Below are positions 1 through 8,901 of a DNA stretch of 57,397 nucleotides, one piece after another. This stretch comes from an uncultured Clostridia bacterium (GTDB lineage: Bacteria > Bacillota > Clostridia > Oscillospirales > QAKW01). Numbering within the stretch: the stretch's first letter is position 1; every line of letters begins with the position of its first letter. Under the pieces are notes generated by a model. It had not been told where the DNA came from, did not search any database, and saw nothing but the letters and a program-made list of their open reading frames with translations. Location: positions 123,032 through 180,428 of the forward strand of contig CALGEL010000059.1 in assembly GCA_937881855.1 (NCBI GenBank). Direction: 5' to 3'. The position numbers and the translations under genes were made by a program.

Positions 1-1
1 T

Positions 2-607
2 TTTTCTTATGGACTTGATGGATTAGAGTCGCAATTTTCTTTGGCGGCAATGAATGAATTATCAACTGATAATTTTGACTCCATGCTGGAACAATGCAAA
101 AAAGCAACTCCGGCGGCAGATGATCTTGGAAAAATAGTTTACGATAGCAGATGGTCCTTGGCATTAAAATTAAAGACCAAGGATATTACGTTGCTGGAAG
201 CAGGCGATGTTGTTTACATTCGTATTCCGTCCTACGGATCTGAGCGAATTAAATGCACCGTCGCCGAAATCAGAAAAAACGGAGAAGAAAGTATCGTTAT
301 TTTAGAGTCGTCTGTTATCAACGATAATATTCTTACGTTAAGAAACGAAGAAATCAGTTTGATTATCAAGACCTATAAAGGAATACAATTACGCCAAAGT
401 GCGTTGAGAAAAGTGGATGGCGCAGATGGTGTTTTTGTCAAAGTGGGTATGCTCCTTCGTTATAAAGAAGTTGAGATTTTGTATAACGATGGGGTAAATG
501 TAATCGTTAATTATGATGCAACGGCCTCCGGCGGTCTGCGCATCTATGATCAAGTGGTCTATAAAGGTTCTAACCTTTACAGCGGAAAGGCGGTTTCAGA
601 TGGATAA
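2..607 (+). CDS. 3' part of a CDS entering from upstream of the window; membrane-fusion/HlyD-like barrel protein (weak product call)
   Basis: The frame is open from nt 2, with no stop before the track's TTG at 41, so the gene is cut by the window edge. The stop at 605-607 overlaps the next start. The product guess rests only on loose resemblance and on position upstream of yggS-sepF. Confidence 0.35.
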   Translation, partial: FSYGLDGLESQFSLAAMNELSTDNFDSMLEQCKKATPAADDLGKIVYDSRWSLALKLKTKDITLLEAGDVVYIRIPSYGSERIKCTVAEIRKNGEESIVILESSVINDNILTLRNEEISLIIKTYKGIQLRQSALRKVDGADGVFVKVGMLLRYKEVEILYNDGVNVIVNYDATASGGLRIYDQVVYKGSNLYSGKAVSDG

Positions 608-1271
608 ACCAATGATAAAAGCGAATCTTGACCGCATTTTTGGCGCTGTTTCCAACACAAATACTGAATTGATCGCTGTGACAAAGACAAGGACGGTTGA
701 TGAAATCAATTTTGCCATTGCGTGCGGTATAAAGCACATTGGAGAAAATCGTGTTCAGGAGCTCCTTGAAAAATATGACCATATTGAAAAAAATAATGTT
801 TCCATTCATTTGATTGGACGACTACAAACAAATAAAGTGAAATATATCATTGATAAAGTGGATCTCATTCATTCTGTCGATTCATATAAGCTTGCTTGTG
901 AAATTTCAAAAAGAGCTCAAAATGTCGGCAAAATCCAAGATATTCTGGTTGAAGTTAATATTGGCAATGAAGAATCAAAAGGCGGTGTGAATCCAAATGA
1001 TCTTTTGGAATTTATCTCAACTGTGGCAGAATTGGAAGGAATTCGAATTCGCGGTTTAATGTGTATTCCGCCAAAGATTCAAGAGAATGGGTCAAATTTT
1101 AAATATTTTTCAAATTTGAAGCAATTGTCAGTTGACATAAATGATAAAAAGATAGATAATGTTAGTATGAATATTCTCTCTATGGGGATGTCGGATGATT
1201 TTGAAGATGCAATTAAAGCCGGCAGCTCCTTTATACGCGTAGGCCAAGGAATATTCGGAGCAAGAAATTAA
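600..1271 (+). CDS. yggS: YggS/YlmE-family pyridoxal-phosphate homeostasis protein
   Basis: Family hallmarks are AVTKTR, HIGENRVQEL, LIGRLQTNKVK and MGMSDDFEDAI..G...IRVG. I moved the start from track 513 to ATG 600 (MDKPMIKANL), because the upstream extension overlaps the previous CDS. Confidence 0.9.
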   Translation: MDKPMIKANLDRIFGAVSNTNTELIAVTKTRTVDEINFAIACGIKHIGENRVQELLEKYDHIEKNNVSIHLIGRLQTNKVKYIIDKVDLIHSVDSYKLACEISKRAQNVGKIQDILVEVNIGNEESKGGVNPNDLLEFISTVAELEGIRIRGLMCIPPKIQENGSNFKYFSNLKQLSVDINDKKIDNVSMNILSMGMSDDFEDAIKAGSSFIRVGQGIFGARN

Positions 1272-1285
1272 ACGGAGGTATTAAT

Positions 1286-1720
1286 ATGAGTAAATGGGAT
1301 AAAATCAAGCAGGCGATCGGTATCCCTGATGATGAGGATGAGTTTGTATCTGCCGATGAGATTGCAGAAGAAAAAGAAAGCGGTTCTGCCATCAGTTCCA
1401 AAAAAGACACATATCGCTCCGCAGGTAAATCTGCCACATCTTATGCGGGTGGGCAAGTGAATATGGTAATCATTCGGTCAAGCGATTATAGTGATGCCCG
1501 CACGGTTGCGGATCACATTTTATCAAATCGTGCCGTACTTTTAAATCTTGAAAATTGCAATAAAGAAATGGCACAACGCATTCTTGATTTTTTAAGCGGT
1601 GTTGTCTATTCTCAAGGCGGCGATTTGCAGCGTGTCGCTCATAGCACATACGCTGTCACACCTAAAAATGTCGGTTTGCAGGGCGAACTTGCAGAAGACT
1701 ATCGTACTGAGGAGTTTTGA
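1286..1720 (+). CDS. sepF: Cell division protein SepF
   Basis: The C-terminal SepF core reads VNMVIIRSSDYSDARTVADHILSNRAVLLNLENC...AQRILDFLSGVVYSQGGDLQRV. It sits in the usual yggS-sepF-yggT-ylmH-divIVA order. Confidence 0.9.
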   Translation: MSKWDKIKQAIGIPDDEDEFVSADEIAEEKESGSAISSKKDTYRSAGKSATSYAGGQVNMVIIRSSDYSDARTVADHILSNRAVLLNLENCNKEMAQRILDFLSGVVYSQGGDLQRVAHSTYAVTPKNVGLQGELAEDYRTEEF

Positions 1721-2004
1721 TTTTGCTGTCCTTTATAGTTTATTTATTTAGTCGTTTGATCAGCTTTTACGCGGCAATAATGTTAATCTATTGCTTGGCG
1801 GGGTGGTTTGTACGCGATCCAAATAATAAGTTTATGCGTATCCTCGCTTTGGTGACAGAGCCGCCGTTGGTACCGATCCGTCGATTTTTGTGGAGATTTG
1901 AATTTTTTAGAAATTCCCCGGTAGATTATTCTCCGTTGGTCCTATTTTTGGTGCTCAGAGCACTGGTTGGATTTATTGGTCAAATTCCGGGGTGGTTTCG
2001 TTGA
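1717..2004 (+). CDS. yggT: YggT/YlmG-family membrane protein
   Basis: A 95-aa two-TM protein in the conserved position after sepF. The TTG start overlaps the sepF stop, so the exact start is uncertain. Confidence 0.75.
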   Translation: MILLSFIVYLFSRLISFYAAIMLIYCLAGWFVRDPNNKFMRILALVTEPPLVPIRRFLWRFEFFRNSPVDYSPLVLFLVLRALVGFIGQIPGWFR

Positions 2005-2744
2005 GCGAACGAGATTTTTTAAAGGCGAAAATCAATGACCTGATTGGTCGATTTGAAGGTGGAGAAGAGATCGTCTTTTCTTCATTCTTAACCGCCGAAG
2101 AAGTAATGGTGGCGAATAATTTATGCTCAAAATACCACATACCCCACACATTTTTGGGCGGTTATGCTGAGTGTGAGCGCAAAATCTTAGCCATATCCGC
2201 TTTGGAAGAAATTGAAATTAAAGAACGGTGTCCGATTGTGCTGTTGAAGATTGAATGTGCGGAACTGTCGTCGATTTCAAACAGAGATGTTTTGGGTTCT
2301 TTGATGGGGAGCGGAATTCGCCGTGAAATGCTTGGCGATATCATTGTTCGCCAGGGAATAGCTGTGTTTTTTGCGCTGAACCAAATTTCGGATTTTTTGA
2401 TTCAAAACATTAAAACAATAGGCAGATATAAAGTTCAATTAACGGTTGCGGAAGATCGGTTTGAAATTCCGCCGCCTGTTTATGAATATCAGCGTGTAAC
2501 TGCTGCTTCATTGCGCTTGGACGCGATTGTTTCAAGTCTATCGCACATTTCGCGCGATCGGGCGAGTGAACTGATAGAAAATAAGATGGTGCAAATTAAT
2601 CATATACCATCGGAAAAGAAAACAAAGGAAATTCATGCAGGCGATTGCCTTGTGGTTCGTGGGATCGGCAAGTGGATCATCGACGAATGCGGGGAACTTT
2701 CCAAAAAGGGAAGGATAGTATTGCGTTGCAGAAAGTATATTTAG
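1992..2744 (+). CDS. ylmH: YlmH-like RNA-binding (S4 domain) protein
   Basis: 250 aa with a C-terminal S4-like segment (LRLDAIVSSLSHISRDRASELIENKMVQINH), in the syntenic position before divIVA. Confidence 0.8.
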   Translation: MVSLSERDFLKAKINDLIGRFEGGEEIVFSSFLTAEEVMVANNLCSKYHIPHTFLGGYAECERKILAISALEEIEIKERCPIVLLKIECAELSSISNRDVLGSLMGSGIRREMLGDIIVRQGIAVFFALNQISDFLIQNIKTIGRYKVQLTVAEDRFEIPPPVYEYQRVTAASLRLDAIVSSLSHISRDRASELIENKMVQINHIPSEKKTKEIHAGDCLVVRGIGKWIIDECGELSKKGRIVLRCRKYI

Positions 2745-2756
2745 GAGGAAATAAAG

Positions 2757-3608
2757 ATGTTGAACCCTGATGCAATTCAAAAGAAAGAATTTGAGCAAAG
2801 CGTACTCGGCGGATATCGCAGAGACGAAGTGGATGCCTTCTTGGATGAAATTGAAGTTGATTATCGAAAACTTTATATTGAGAATACCGAGTTGGTGGAA
2901 AAGTTAAAGGTATGCCTTGCGAAGATCGAAGACTATAAAAGAGACGAAGGATTTTTAAAGACCGCGATCATTAATGCGCAAAAACTGAATGATACTACCT
3001 TAAAAGAGATTGAAATGCGCGAAAAAGAGGTAGAGATTTCCAGCAAAGAAAAGGCGGCCGAGATTATTTCCGCTGCAGAAAAAGAGGCGGAGGTTATCAT
3101 TAAAAAAGCAGAGGAAGAGAGCGCGGATGCGATTCGAGCTGCGCAAGAAAAGTGCAAGAATGAGATTGCAGATGAGCGAAAAACTGCCGATGAAGCCATT
3201 GCAAAAATTCGTTCTGAAATTGATTTTGAGCAAAATAAACTGGATGTTTTGCGCGGTCAGGTTGCAGAATTCAAAAATACAATTATTGAGCTGTATAAGG
3301 CACACCTTACATCGATTTCCAAATTGCCGGAGTTTAAAGCATCTGAACCTGTCGCCAAAGAAGAACCCGAGACCCCTGTTCAAGAGGAAGAGCCTGCTCC
3401 CGTCCCTGTGAGCGAACCGGTGGAGAAGGTGGTAGTTGAACCCGAGGTTCAGCCCGAGAAAAAAGAGACGAACGAAAATACAGTCGAATTTAAAGTGCAA
3501 GAGAAGCAGAAAGAAGTTTCGGACGATGAGGATCCATATGCCGCGAAACAAATTCGCTTTGAAAACTTAAAATTCGGCGTAGATTACGATATTAACGAAG
3601 ACGAGTAA
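2757..3608 (+). CDS. divIVA: DivIVA-domain protein with a long acidic Pro/Glu-rich C-terminal extension
   Basis: The N-terminus MLNPDAIQKKEFEQSVLGGYRRDEVDAFLDEI is the DivIVA lipid-binding motif, followed by coiled coil. An RBS (ggagg) lies upstream. Confidence 0.85.
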   Translation: MLNPDAIQKKEFEQSVLGGYRRDEVDAFLDEIEVDYRKLYIENTELVEKLKVCLAKIEDYKRDEGFLKTAIINAQKLNDTTLKEIEMREKEVEISSKEKAAEIISAAEKEAEVIIKKAEEESADAIRAAQEKCKNEIADERKTADEAIAKIRSEIDFEQNKLDVLRGQVAEFKNTIIELYKAHLTSISKLPEFKASEPVAKEEPETPVQEEEPAPVPVSEPVEKVVVEPEVQPEKKETNENTVEFKVQEKQKEVSDDEDPYAAKQIRFENLKFGVDYDINEDE

Positions 3609-3616
3609 GAGGGTAT

Positions 3617-4135
3617 TTGGCATTGATGTCGTTTTTGAGAAAAAAATACTGGATCTTTTTATCAATAATCCTTGTAGCATTAGATCAACTTACGAAATAT
3701 CTTGTTAATGCAAGAATTCCTATCGGCGAATCGGTTGAAGTTATCCCTCATTTTTTCCATTTAACCCATGTTCGTAATGAAGGCGCAGCAATGGGCATGT
3801 TGCAAGGGCAACGCTGGATTTTTATGTTGTTTACAACGATTGTGATCATCGCCGCCATTATAATTATGTTTAGCGGTAAAATCAAAAATCATTGGGGGAT
3901 TGTTGCGGTCTCGCTTGTTTTATCGGGCGGGATCGGCAATATGATCGATCGGTTGATTTTGGGCGAAGTGATCGATTTTTTTTCGTTTGTATTTTGGGGA
4001 TATGAATTCTATGTTTTTAACGTTGCTGATATTTTTGTCTGTTGCGGCGTAGCCATTTTGGCGATATATATTCTGCTTTCCAAAGATTTTGATTCCCACA
4101 ATATGGCCGAGGATCATAATGATGAAGCGGTTTGA
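3617..4135 (+). CDS. lspA: Lipoprotein signal peptidase II
   Basis: LspA motifs are present (DQLTKYLV, NEGAAMGM, GGIGNMIDRL..G.VIDF, FNVADI). The start is ambiguous between TTG 3617 and ATG 3626. Confidence 0.9.
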   Translation: MALMSFLRKKYWIFLSIILVALDQLTKYLVNARIPIGESVEVIPHFFHLTHVRNEGAAMGMLQGQRWIFMLFTTIVIIAAIIIMFSGKIKNHWGIVAVSLVLSGGIGNMIDRLILGEVIDFFSFVFWGYEFYVFNVADIFVCCGVAILAIYILLSKDFDSHNMAEDHNDEAV

Positions 4136-5039
4136 GTTTAAGGCAAATGAGTCCGGAACTCGCATAGATGCCTTTTTAAGCGGTGAACTTCAAGATGTTT
4201 CTCGCTCTCGCATTGAACAATTAATTAAAAGTGGCAATGTCAAGGTGAATTCAAAGGAAGTGCCAAAGAGTTATCGCATCCGAATGGACGATTTTGTTGA
4301 GGTTATTTTGCCTCCGCTTGATGATCCTCTGCCGCAACCTTGCCCAATGGATTTGGACATTGTCTATGAGGACGAGCATCTCTTGGTTGTAAATAAACCC
4401 AAAGGTTTGGTGGTTCATCCTGCGCCGGGACATAGCGGAGATACGCTCGTAAATGGTTTGCTGGCTCATTGCAAGGATAGTCTATCCGGAATTAATGGGG
4501 AAAAGCGCCCCGGAATTGTCCATCGTATTGATAAAGATACAAGTGGTTTGCTGGTTGTTGCAAAAAGCGATCTGGCCCATCAAGGTCTCTCAGCACAATT
4601 TGAAACCCATAGTATTAATCGTATTTATGAGACCGTTGTACTTGGCAGAATGAACGAGAAGGATGGAATGGTAGATGCTTCAATCGGTCGCAGTACCAAG
4701 GACCGCAAAAAAATGGCAGTTGGAATGAAAAACTCCAAACGAGCGATCACCCATTATCATGTATTAAATCAATACAATGGGTTTGCTCATTTATCTTGCA
4801 AACTTGAGACCGGAAGAACCCATCAGATCCGCGTTCATTTATCGTCGATCGGCCATCCTGTGTTGGGTGATGAAGTTTATGGGTATAACACCAACAAAAT
4901 CAAGCTTGATTTTGAAGGGCAATGTTTGCATGCAAAAGTTCTTGGTTTTGTCCATCCGATTACAAAAGAACACTTATATTTCGAAAGTGAACTTCCCGAA
5001 TATTTCAAAAATGTGTTGACAAAGATAACCAATTTATGA
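4119..5039 (+). CDS. rluD: RluA/RluD-family 23S rRNA pseudouridine synthase
   Basis: An S4 N-domain is followed by the catalytic motif GIVHRIDKDTSGLLVVAK and HQIRVHL. The start was moved to MMKRFEF (ATG 4119), because track start 4089 overlaps lspA. Confidence 0.9.
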   Translation: MMKRFEFKANESGTRIDAFLSGELQDVSRSRIEQLIKSGNVKVNSKEVPKSYRIRMDDFVEVILPPLDDPLPQPCPMDLDIVYEDEHLLVVNKPKGLVVHPAPGHSGDTLVNGLLAHCKDSLSGINGEKRPGIVHRIDKDTSGLLVVAKSDLAHQGLSAQFETHSINRIYETVVLGRMNEKDGMVDASIGRSTKDRKKMAVGMKNSKRAITHYHVLNQYNGFAHLSCKLETGRTHQIRVHLSSIGHPVLGDEVYGYNTNKIKLDFEGQCLHAKVLGFVHPITKEHLYFESELPEYFKNVLTKITNL

Positions 5040-5079
5040 TATATTTTGCTTAGATTGATCGATCAATACAAAATTTAAT

Positions 5080-5168
5080 AATGGGGTGCTGAGTCAAACT
5101 CGGCTGAGAGGGCAAATGTTTTTGCCTAACCCACGAACCTGATGCGGGTAATGCCGACGTAGGAACCA
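5080..5168 (+). promoter_or_regulatory. TPP (THI-box) riboswitch aptamer
   Basis: The sequence ggggtgctgag...ctgagag...aaccc...aacctgatgcgggtaatgccgacgtaggaac matches the THI-box core (CUGAGA ... ACCUGAU..GG.UAAUGCC..CG.AGGGA). It lies directly 5' of a thiT-type gene. Confidence 0.85.
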
Positions 5169-5188
5169 TAAAATTCTTTGATTTATTG

Positions 5189-5227
5189 TGCTCTGCGCGG
5201 ATATTACGTGCAGAGCATTTTATTTTT
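5189..5227 (+). terminator. Riboswitch expression-platform intrinsic terminator
   Basis: Stem tgctctgcgcg (5189-5199) pairs with cgtgcagagca (5207-5217) with one G.U, around a 7-nt loop. It is followed by ttttattttt and lies between the aptamer and the thiT RBS. Confidence 0.75.
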
Positions 5228-5238
5228 GGAGGATGATT

Positions 5239-5895
5239 ATGAAAAGAAAAAATCTACATATGCTTGTCGAGAGTGCAATTATGCTGACTATGGGCGTAGC
5301 GCTCGAATTTATCAGTAAAATTTTTATTCCGGAGCTTCCCTTTGGCGGTCAAATAACAATCGTCAATATGCTACCGATCCTGCTGATATCTTATCGTCAC
5401 GGTGTCAAATGGGGTCTGTTTTCTTCGTTCGTTTATTCTTTGTTGCAGATTGCACTCGGCTTAAAGACGGTCACCGCAGCATTTCAACCCGGTTATTTTG
5501 GCGAGTCGGTGTTGTTGGTTAATGCAATTATTATGTTAGTGTTAGACTATATTATCGCTTACACTGTGTTAGGTTTTGGCGGTATTTTTCGGAATAAGAT
5601 TAAAAATCCTGCAATTTCTTTATCACTTGGCAGTGTTGTTGCGCTCACATTGCGATATGCGGCGCATATTTTGTCGGGTTACATTTTGTTTTCCGGTTGG
5701 GCAGAGTTGTTTTTTACACAAGAAGGCTTTCCTGCGTGGGGGGCAACGCTTGTTGAAAGTGTTGGCTCCAATATGTTAGGATTGATTTACAGCGTCGTCT
5801 ATAATGGTATGTATATGATTCCGGAAATCGTTTTGACGACAATCGCCGCTGTCATAATTTCTAAATTTTCCAAGATAGTCACAAAAGTAAATTAA
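5239..5895 (+). CDS. thiT: ECF-transporter thiamine-specific S component ThiT
   Basis: A six-TM protein directly behind a TPP riboswitch. ATG 5239 follows ggagg at 5228-5232, whereas track start 5188 lies inside the terminator hairpin. Confidence 0.8.
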   Translation: MKRKNLHMLVESAIMLTMGVALEFISKIFIPELPFGGQITIVNMLPILLISYRHGVKWGLFSSFVYSLLQIALGLKTVTAAFQPGYFGESVLLVNAIIMLVLDYIIAYTVLGFGGIFRNKIKNPAISLSLGSVVALTLRYAAHILSGYILFSGWAELFFTQEGFPAWGATLVESVGSNMLGLIYSVVYNGMYMIPEIVLTTIAAVIISKFSKIVTKVN

Positions 5896-5900
5896 GCAAA

Positions 5901-5936
5901 AAAAGAAACAATCGGTACCGATTGTTTCTTTTTTTA
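5901..5936 (+). terminator. Intrinsic terminator after thiT
   Basis: A perfect palindrome, agaaacaatcg GTAC cgattgtttct, is followed by a T7 run. Confidence 0.85.
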
Positions 5937-5944
5937 TATTTTAC

Positions 5945-5973
5945 TTTACAATACTTTATTATTATATTATAAT
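5945..5973 (+). promoter_or_regulatory. Candidate sigma-A promoter for pyrH-frr
   Basis: TTTACA (5945-5950), a 17-nt spacer, then TATAAT (5968-5973), about 35 nt upstream of the pyrH start. Confidence 0.5.
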
Positions 5974-6009
5974 AAAACTGATATATTCTATAAATAGGAG
6001 TGTAATTCT

Positions 6010-6729
6010 ATGAGTCAAACAGCGTACAAAAGAATTCTTTTAAAACTTAGCGGAGAAGCATTGGCAGGCGCCGGTAAAACAGGCATTGATTTTGATTATG
6101 TATTGAAGATTGGATCCTATATCAAGCAGTGCGTTGAAAAAGGGGTGCAGATCGCCATCGTTGTTGGTGGCGGCAACTATTGGCGCGGCAGAAGCAACCA
6201 GCAAATGGATCGCACTCGTGCGGATTATATTGGTATGCTTGCGACTACGATGAATGCGTTGACAGTGCAAGATGCATTGATTCAAAACGGTTTGGAATGT
6301 CGTGTAATGAGTGCCATTGAAATGCGCCAGATTGCCGAGCCCTTTATTCGCAACCGTGCAATTGCTCATTTGGAAAAGGGTTACGTTGTCATTTTTGCCA
6401 GCGGGACAGGTAATCCTTATTTCTCTACCGATACTTGCGCCGCATTGCGTGCCGCTGAAATTAATGCAGAGGTTATTTTTAAAGCTACCAATGTGGATGG
6501 TGTATATACCGCGGATCCCAAAAAAGATCCCAATGCAAAGAAGCTTCATCACATTCGTTATATTGATATTTTGAGAGATCAATTAAAAGTAATGGACAGC
6601 GCCGCTGCCGCGTTATGTGATGAAAACAATATTCCTATTTATGTTTTTGATATGTCCGATCCGGCAAATATTGTTCATGCTGTGATGGGCGATGATATTG
6701 GAACAACTATTGATAATAAAGGAGAATAA
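6010..6729 (+). CDS. pyrH: UMP kinase
   Basis: YKRILLKLSGEAL, VVGGGN.WRG, and the TGNPYFSTDTCAALRA motif; followed by frr as usual. Confidence 0.95.
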   Translation: MSQTAYKRILLKLSGEALAGAGKTGIDFDYVLKIGSYIKQCVEKGVQIAIVVGGGNYWRGRSNQQMDRTRADYIGMLATTMNALTVQDALIQNGLECRVMSAIEMRQIAEPFIRNRAIAHLEKGYVVIFASGTGNPYFSTDTCAALRAAEINAEVIFKATNVDGVYTADPKKDPNAKKLHHIRYIDILRDQLKVMDSAAAALCDENNIPIYVFDMSDPANIVHAVMGDDIGTTIDNKGE

Positions 6730-6734
6730 GAAAA

Positions 6735-7286
6735 ATGGCAAACTATGTTGAATTTGAAGAAAAAATGAAAAAAACTTTAACTGCTTTGGGCAATGATTAT
6801 GCCGGCCTTCGTGCCGGTCGCGCGAACCCCGCTGTTTTGGACCGCCTTCGTGTTGAATATTACGGAGCATCCAGCAAGATCAATGAGGTGGCGGCAGTTA
6901 GCGTTCCCGAGCCTCGCATGCTGATGATTCAACCTTGGGATGTTACTGTTTTGAAAGAAATTGAAAAGGCAATTTTGGCTTCGGATATCGGAATTACTCC
7001 CACTACCGATGGTAAAGTTATTCGCTTGACCTTCCCGCAACCCACCGAAGAACGCCGCAGAGAACTTGCAAAGGATGCAAAAAAATTCGGTGAAGAAGCC
7101 AAGGTTGCGATCCGCAATGTTCGTCGCGATGCATTGGATAAGTTCAAAAAGCAGGAGAAGGCGCATGAAATCACCGAAGATGACCTTAAAGGCATTGAAA
7201 CCGATATCCAGAAGTTGACGGATAAATATATTGCAGAAATCGATAAGATGGTTTCTGAAAAAGAAAAGGAGATCATGGCTGTTTAA
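6735..7286 (+). CDS. frr: Ribosome recycling factor
   Basis: 183 aa with GLRAGRANPAVLD, IQPWD, PLTEERRRELAK-like and IRNVRRDA motifs. Confidence 0.95.
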   Translation: MANYVEFEEKMKKTLTALGNDYAGLRAGRANPAVLDRLRVEYYGASSKINEVAAVSVPEPRMLMIQPWDVTVLKEIEKAILASDIGITPTTDGKVIRLTFPQPTEERRRELAKDAKKFGEEAKVAIRNVRRDALDKFKKQEKAHEITEDDLKGIETDIQKLTDKYIAEIDKMVSEKEKEIMAV

Positions 7287-7304
7287 TATCAGCTGTGCGA
7301 AATA

Positions 7305-8042
7305 ATGAGATTTTTTCGTGATAAAGAAAAATCAATAGATCCAAATCGCCTTCCAAACCATGTTGGCATCATTATGGATGGAAACGGCCGATGGGCGCAG
7401 AAAAAGGGATTACCCCGCTATGCCGGCCATATTGCCGGTGCTAAGGTTTTTAAGACGATTGCATATTATGCGCGGGATATTGGCTTAAAAAATCTTACTG
7501 TTTATGCCTTTTCCACCGAGAATTGGTCGCGCCCCCAAGAAGAAGTTTCTAAAATAATGACCGTTTTGGAAGAATTTATCGACGATGCTTTGAATACCTT
7601 TGAAAAGGAGCGTGTTCGGATCCGCTTTATTGGAGATTTATCTGTATTTACCGGTATACTTCGCGAAAAGATGGATCGGATTGTTGAGGTGACAAAGGAT
7701 TTTAAGGGTCTGAACCTTAATATTGCGATGAATTACGGCGGGCAGCATGAAATTGTTCATGCTGCTCGAAAAGCAGCGCAAGAGATTTTGAATGGAAATT
7801 TGAATGTGGAAGATATCACACCCGAAATGTTTGGAAAAATGTTATATTTTGACGATTGTGATTCAGTGGATTTGGTGATTCGACCCAGCGGTGAAAAACG
7901 CCTTTCAAATTTCTTGCTTTGGCAGTCGGCATATGCTGAATTTTGGTATTCGGATATATTGTGGCCCGATTTCAAACCAAAAGATTTGGATCAGGCAATT
8001 ATTGATTTTCAAAAAAGAAACAGGAGGTTTGGCGGAGTATGA
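7305..8042 (+). CDS. uppS: Undecaprenyl-diphosphate synthase (isoprenyl transferase)
   Basis: HVGIIMDGNGRWA, YAFSTENW.RP, and RPSGE.RLSNFLLWQ.AYAEF. Confidence 0.95.
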   Translation: MRFFRDKEKSIDPNRLPNHVGIIMDGNGRWAQKKGLPRYAGHIAGAKVFKTIAYYARDIGLKNLTVYAFSTENWSRPQEEVSKIMTVLEEFIDDALNTFEKERVRIRFIGDLSVFTGILREKMDRIVEVTKDFKGLNLNIAMNYGGQHEIVHAARKAAQEILNGNLNVEDITPEMFGKMLYFDDCDSVDLVIRPSGEKRLSNFLLWQSAYAEFWYSDILWPDFKPKDLDQAIIDFQKRNRRFGGV

Positions 8043-8893
8043 AAGAAAACTTCATAAAAAGACTCTGGACGTCTTTGATTATACTTGGCGTCTTTTTGCT
8101 GTTGTTTGCAATCTCCGCATTTTCTCCGTTTTTTGAAATTGCCATTGCTGCATTGATTTGCATTTGTATTTATGAGGCTCTGACCTGTGTCGGATGCGCC
8201 ACAAACAAGAAATTAATATGGCCGAGTTTGATATACGGAATGTCTGTACCGCTCTCTTTTCTGTTTAGAGATTTATTGTATCCCGGTCGCAACCCGTATT
8301 ATGGAGTAATATTCATCTCGTTTATTTATTTGGTCTTTTTATTTATCATATTGATGATCAATTTTGACGAGACTAATTTTGGCGACGCAACGATAACAAT
8401 GTTTATAACGTTTGTTATAACATGCTTTATGAGCAACATTATTTTTATCCGCAGAATTGCCGATAATGGTTTTTTCTTTATGGTATTATGCATCGTTTGC
8501 TCCGCGTGGTGCACCGATATTTTTGCATATCTGACCGGTATTTTGATTGGCAAACGTCGTCCGTTTAAAAAAATCAGCCCCAAAAAATCGGTGGAAGGCT
8601 GTATTGGCGGTTCGTTGTTTTCCATTGGCTTCTTTTTGCTGTTTTGTCTGATCTATCAAAAGATGACAATGGTTCAGGTTGATTGGCTTTTAGCGGCAAT
8701 ATACAGCTTGTTGTGTACAATCATTGGTCAAATCGGCGATTTATCGTTCTCCTACATTAAACGTTCTTATGGTGTCAAAGATTTTGGTAAGATCCTGCCC
8801 GGTCACGGCGGATTTTTGGATCGTATGGATAGCCTTATCTTTATTGCACCTATGTTTTATGCACTAATTAATACAAAAAGTTTTATTGGATAA
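8039..8893 (+). CDS. cdsA: Phosphatidate cytidylyltransferase
   Basis: Polytopic membrane protein with the C-terminal CdsA signature SP.KS.EG..GG ... KR...VKDFG...PGHGG.LDR.DS. Confidence 0.9.
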   Translation: MKENFIKRLWTSLIILGVFLLLFAISAFSPFFEIAIAALICICIYEALTCVGCATNKKLIWPSLIYGMSVPLSFLFRDLLYPGRNPYYGVIFISFIYLVFLFIILMINFDETNFGDATITMFITFVITCFMSNIIFIRRIADNGFFFMVLCIVCSAWCTDIFAYLTGILIGKRRPFKKISPKKSVEGCIGGSLFSIGFFLLFCLIYQKMTMVQVDWLLAAIYSLLCTIIGQIGDLSFSYIKRSYGVKDFGKILPGHGGFLDRMDSLIFIAPMFYALINTKSFIG

Positions 8894-8901
8894 GATATAA
8901 G

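Noticed and set aside
3340-3500. The Pro/Glu/Val-rich stretch in the DivIVA C-terminus and the Pro-rich linker in PolC (about 12640-12720), considered as possible DNA tandem repeats
   Set aside because: These are compositional bias at the protein level only. I found no exact nucleotide periodicity.
3000-3551. A 183-aa - strand ORF, with other long antisense ORFs of the same kind at 6040-6582, 12610-13155, 20140-20628, 21581-22243 and 31838-32350
   Set aside because: Each lies entirely inside a confidently identified gene on the opposite strand. They have low-complexity or Phe/Leu/Asn-rich composition, no RBS and no recognisable motifs, so they are shadow ORFs.
5188-5238. N-terminal extensions proposed by the ORF track for thiT; the same issue arises at 513-599 (yggS), 4089-4118 (rluD), 24395-24472 (tgt), 25870-26007, 43164-43211, 42712-42798 (sigK) and 23322-23369 (dapA)
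   Set aside because: The extensions overlap upstream genes or structured RNA, lack an RBS and add non-homologous residues. Internal starts with Shine-Dalgarno sequences fit better.
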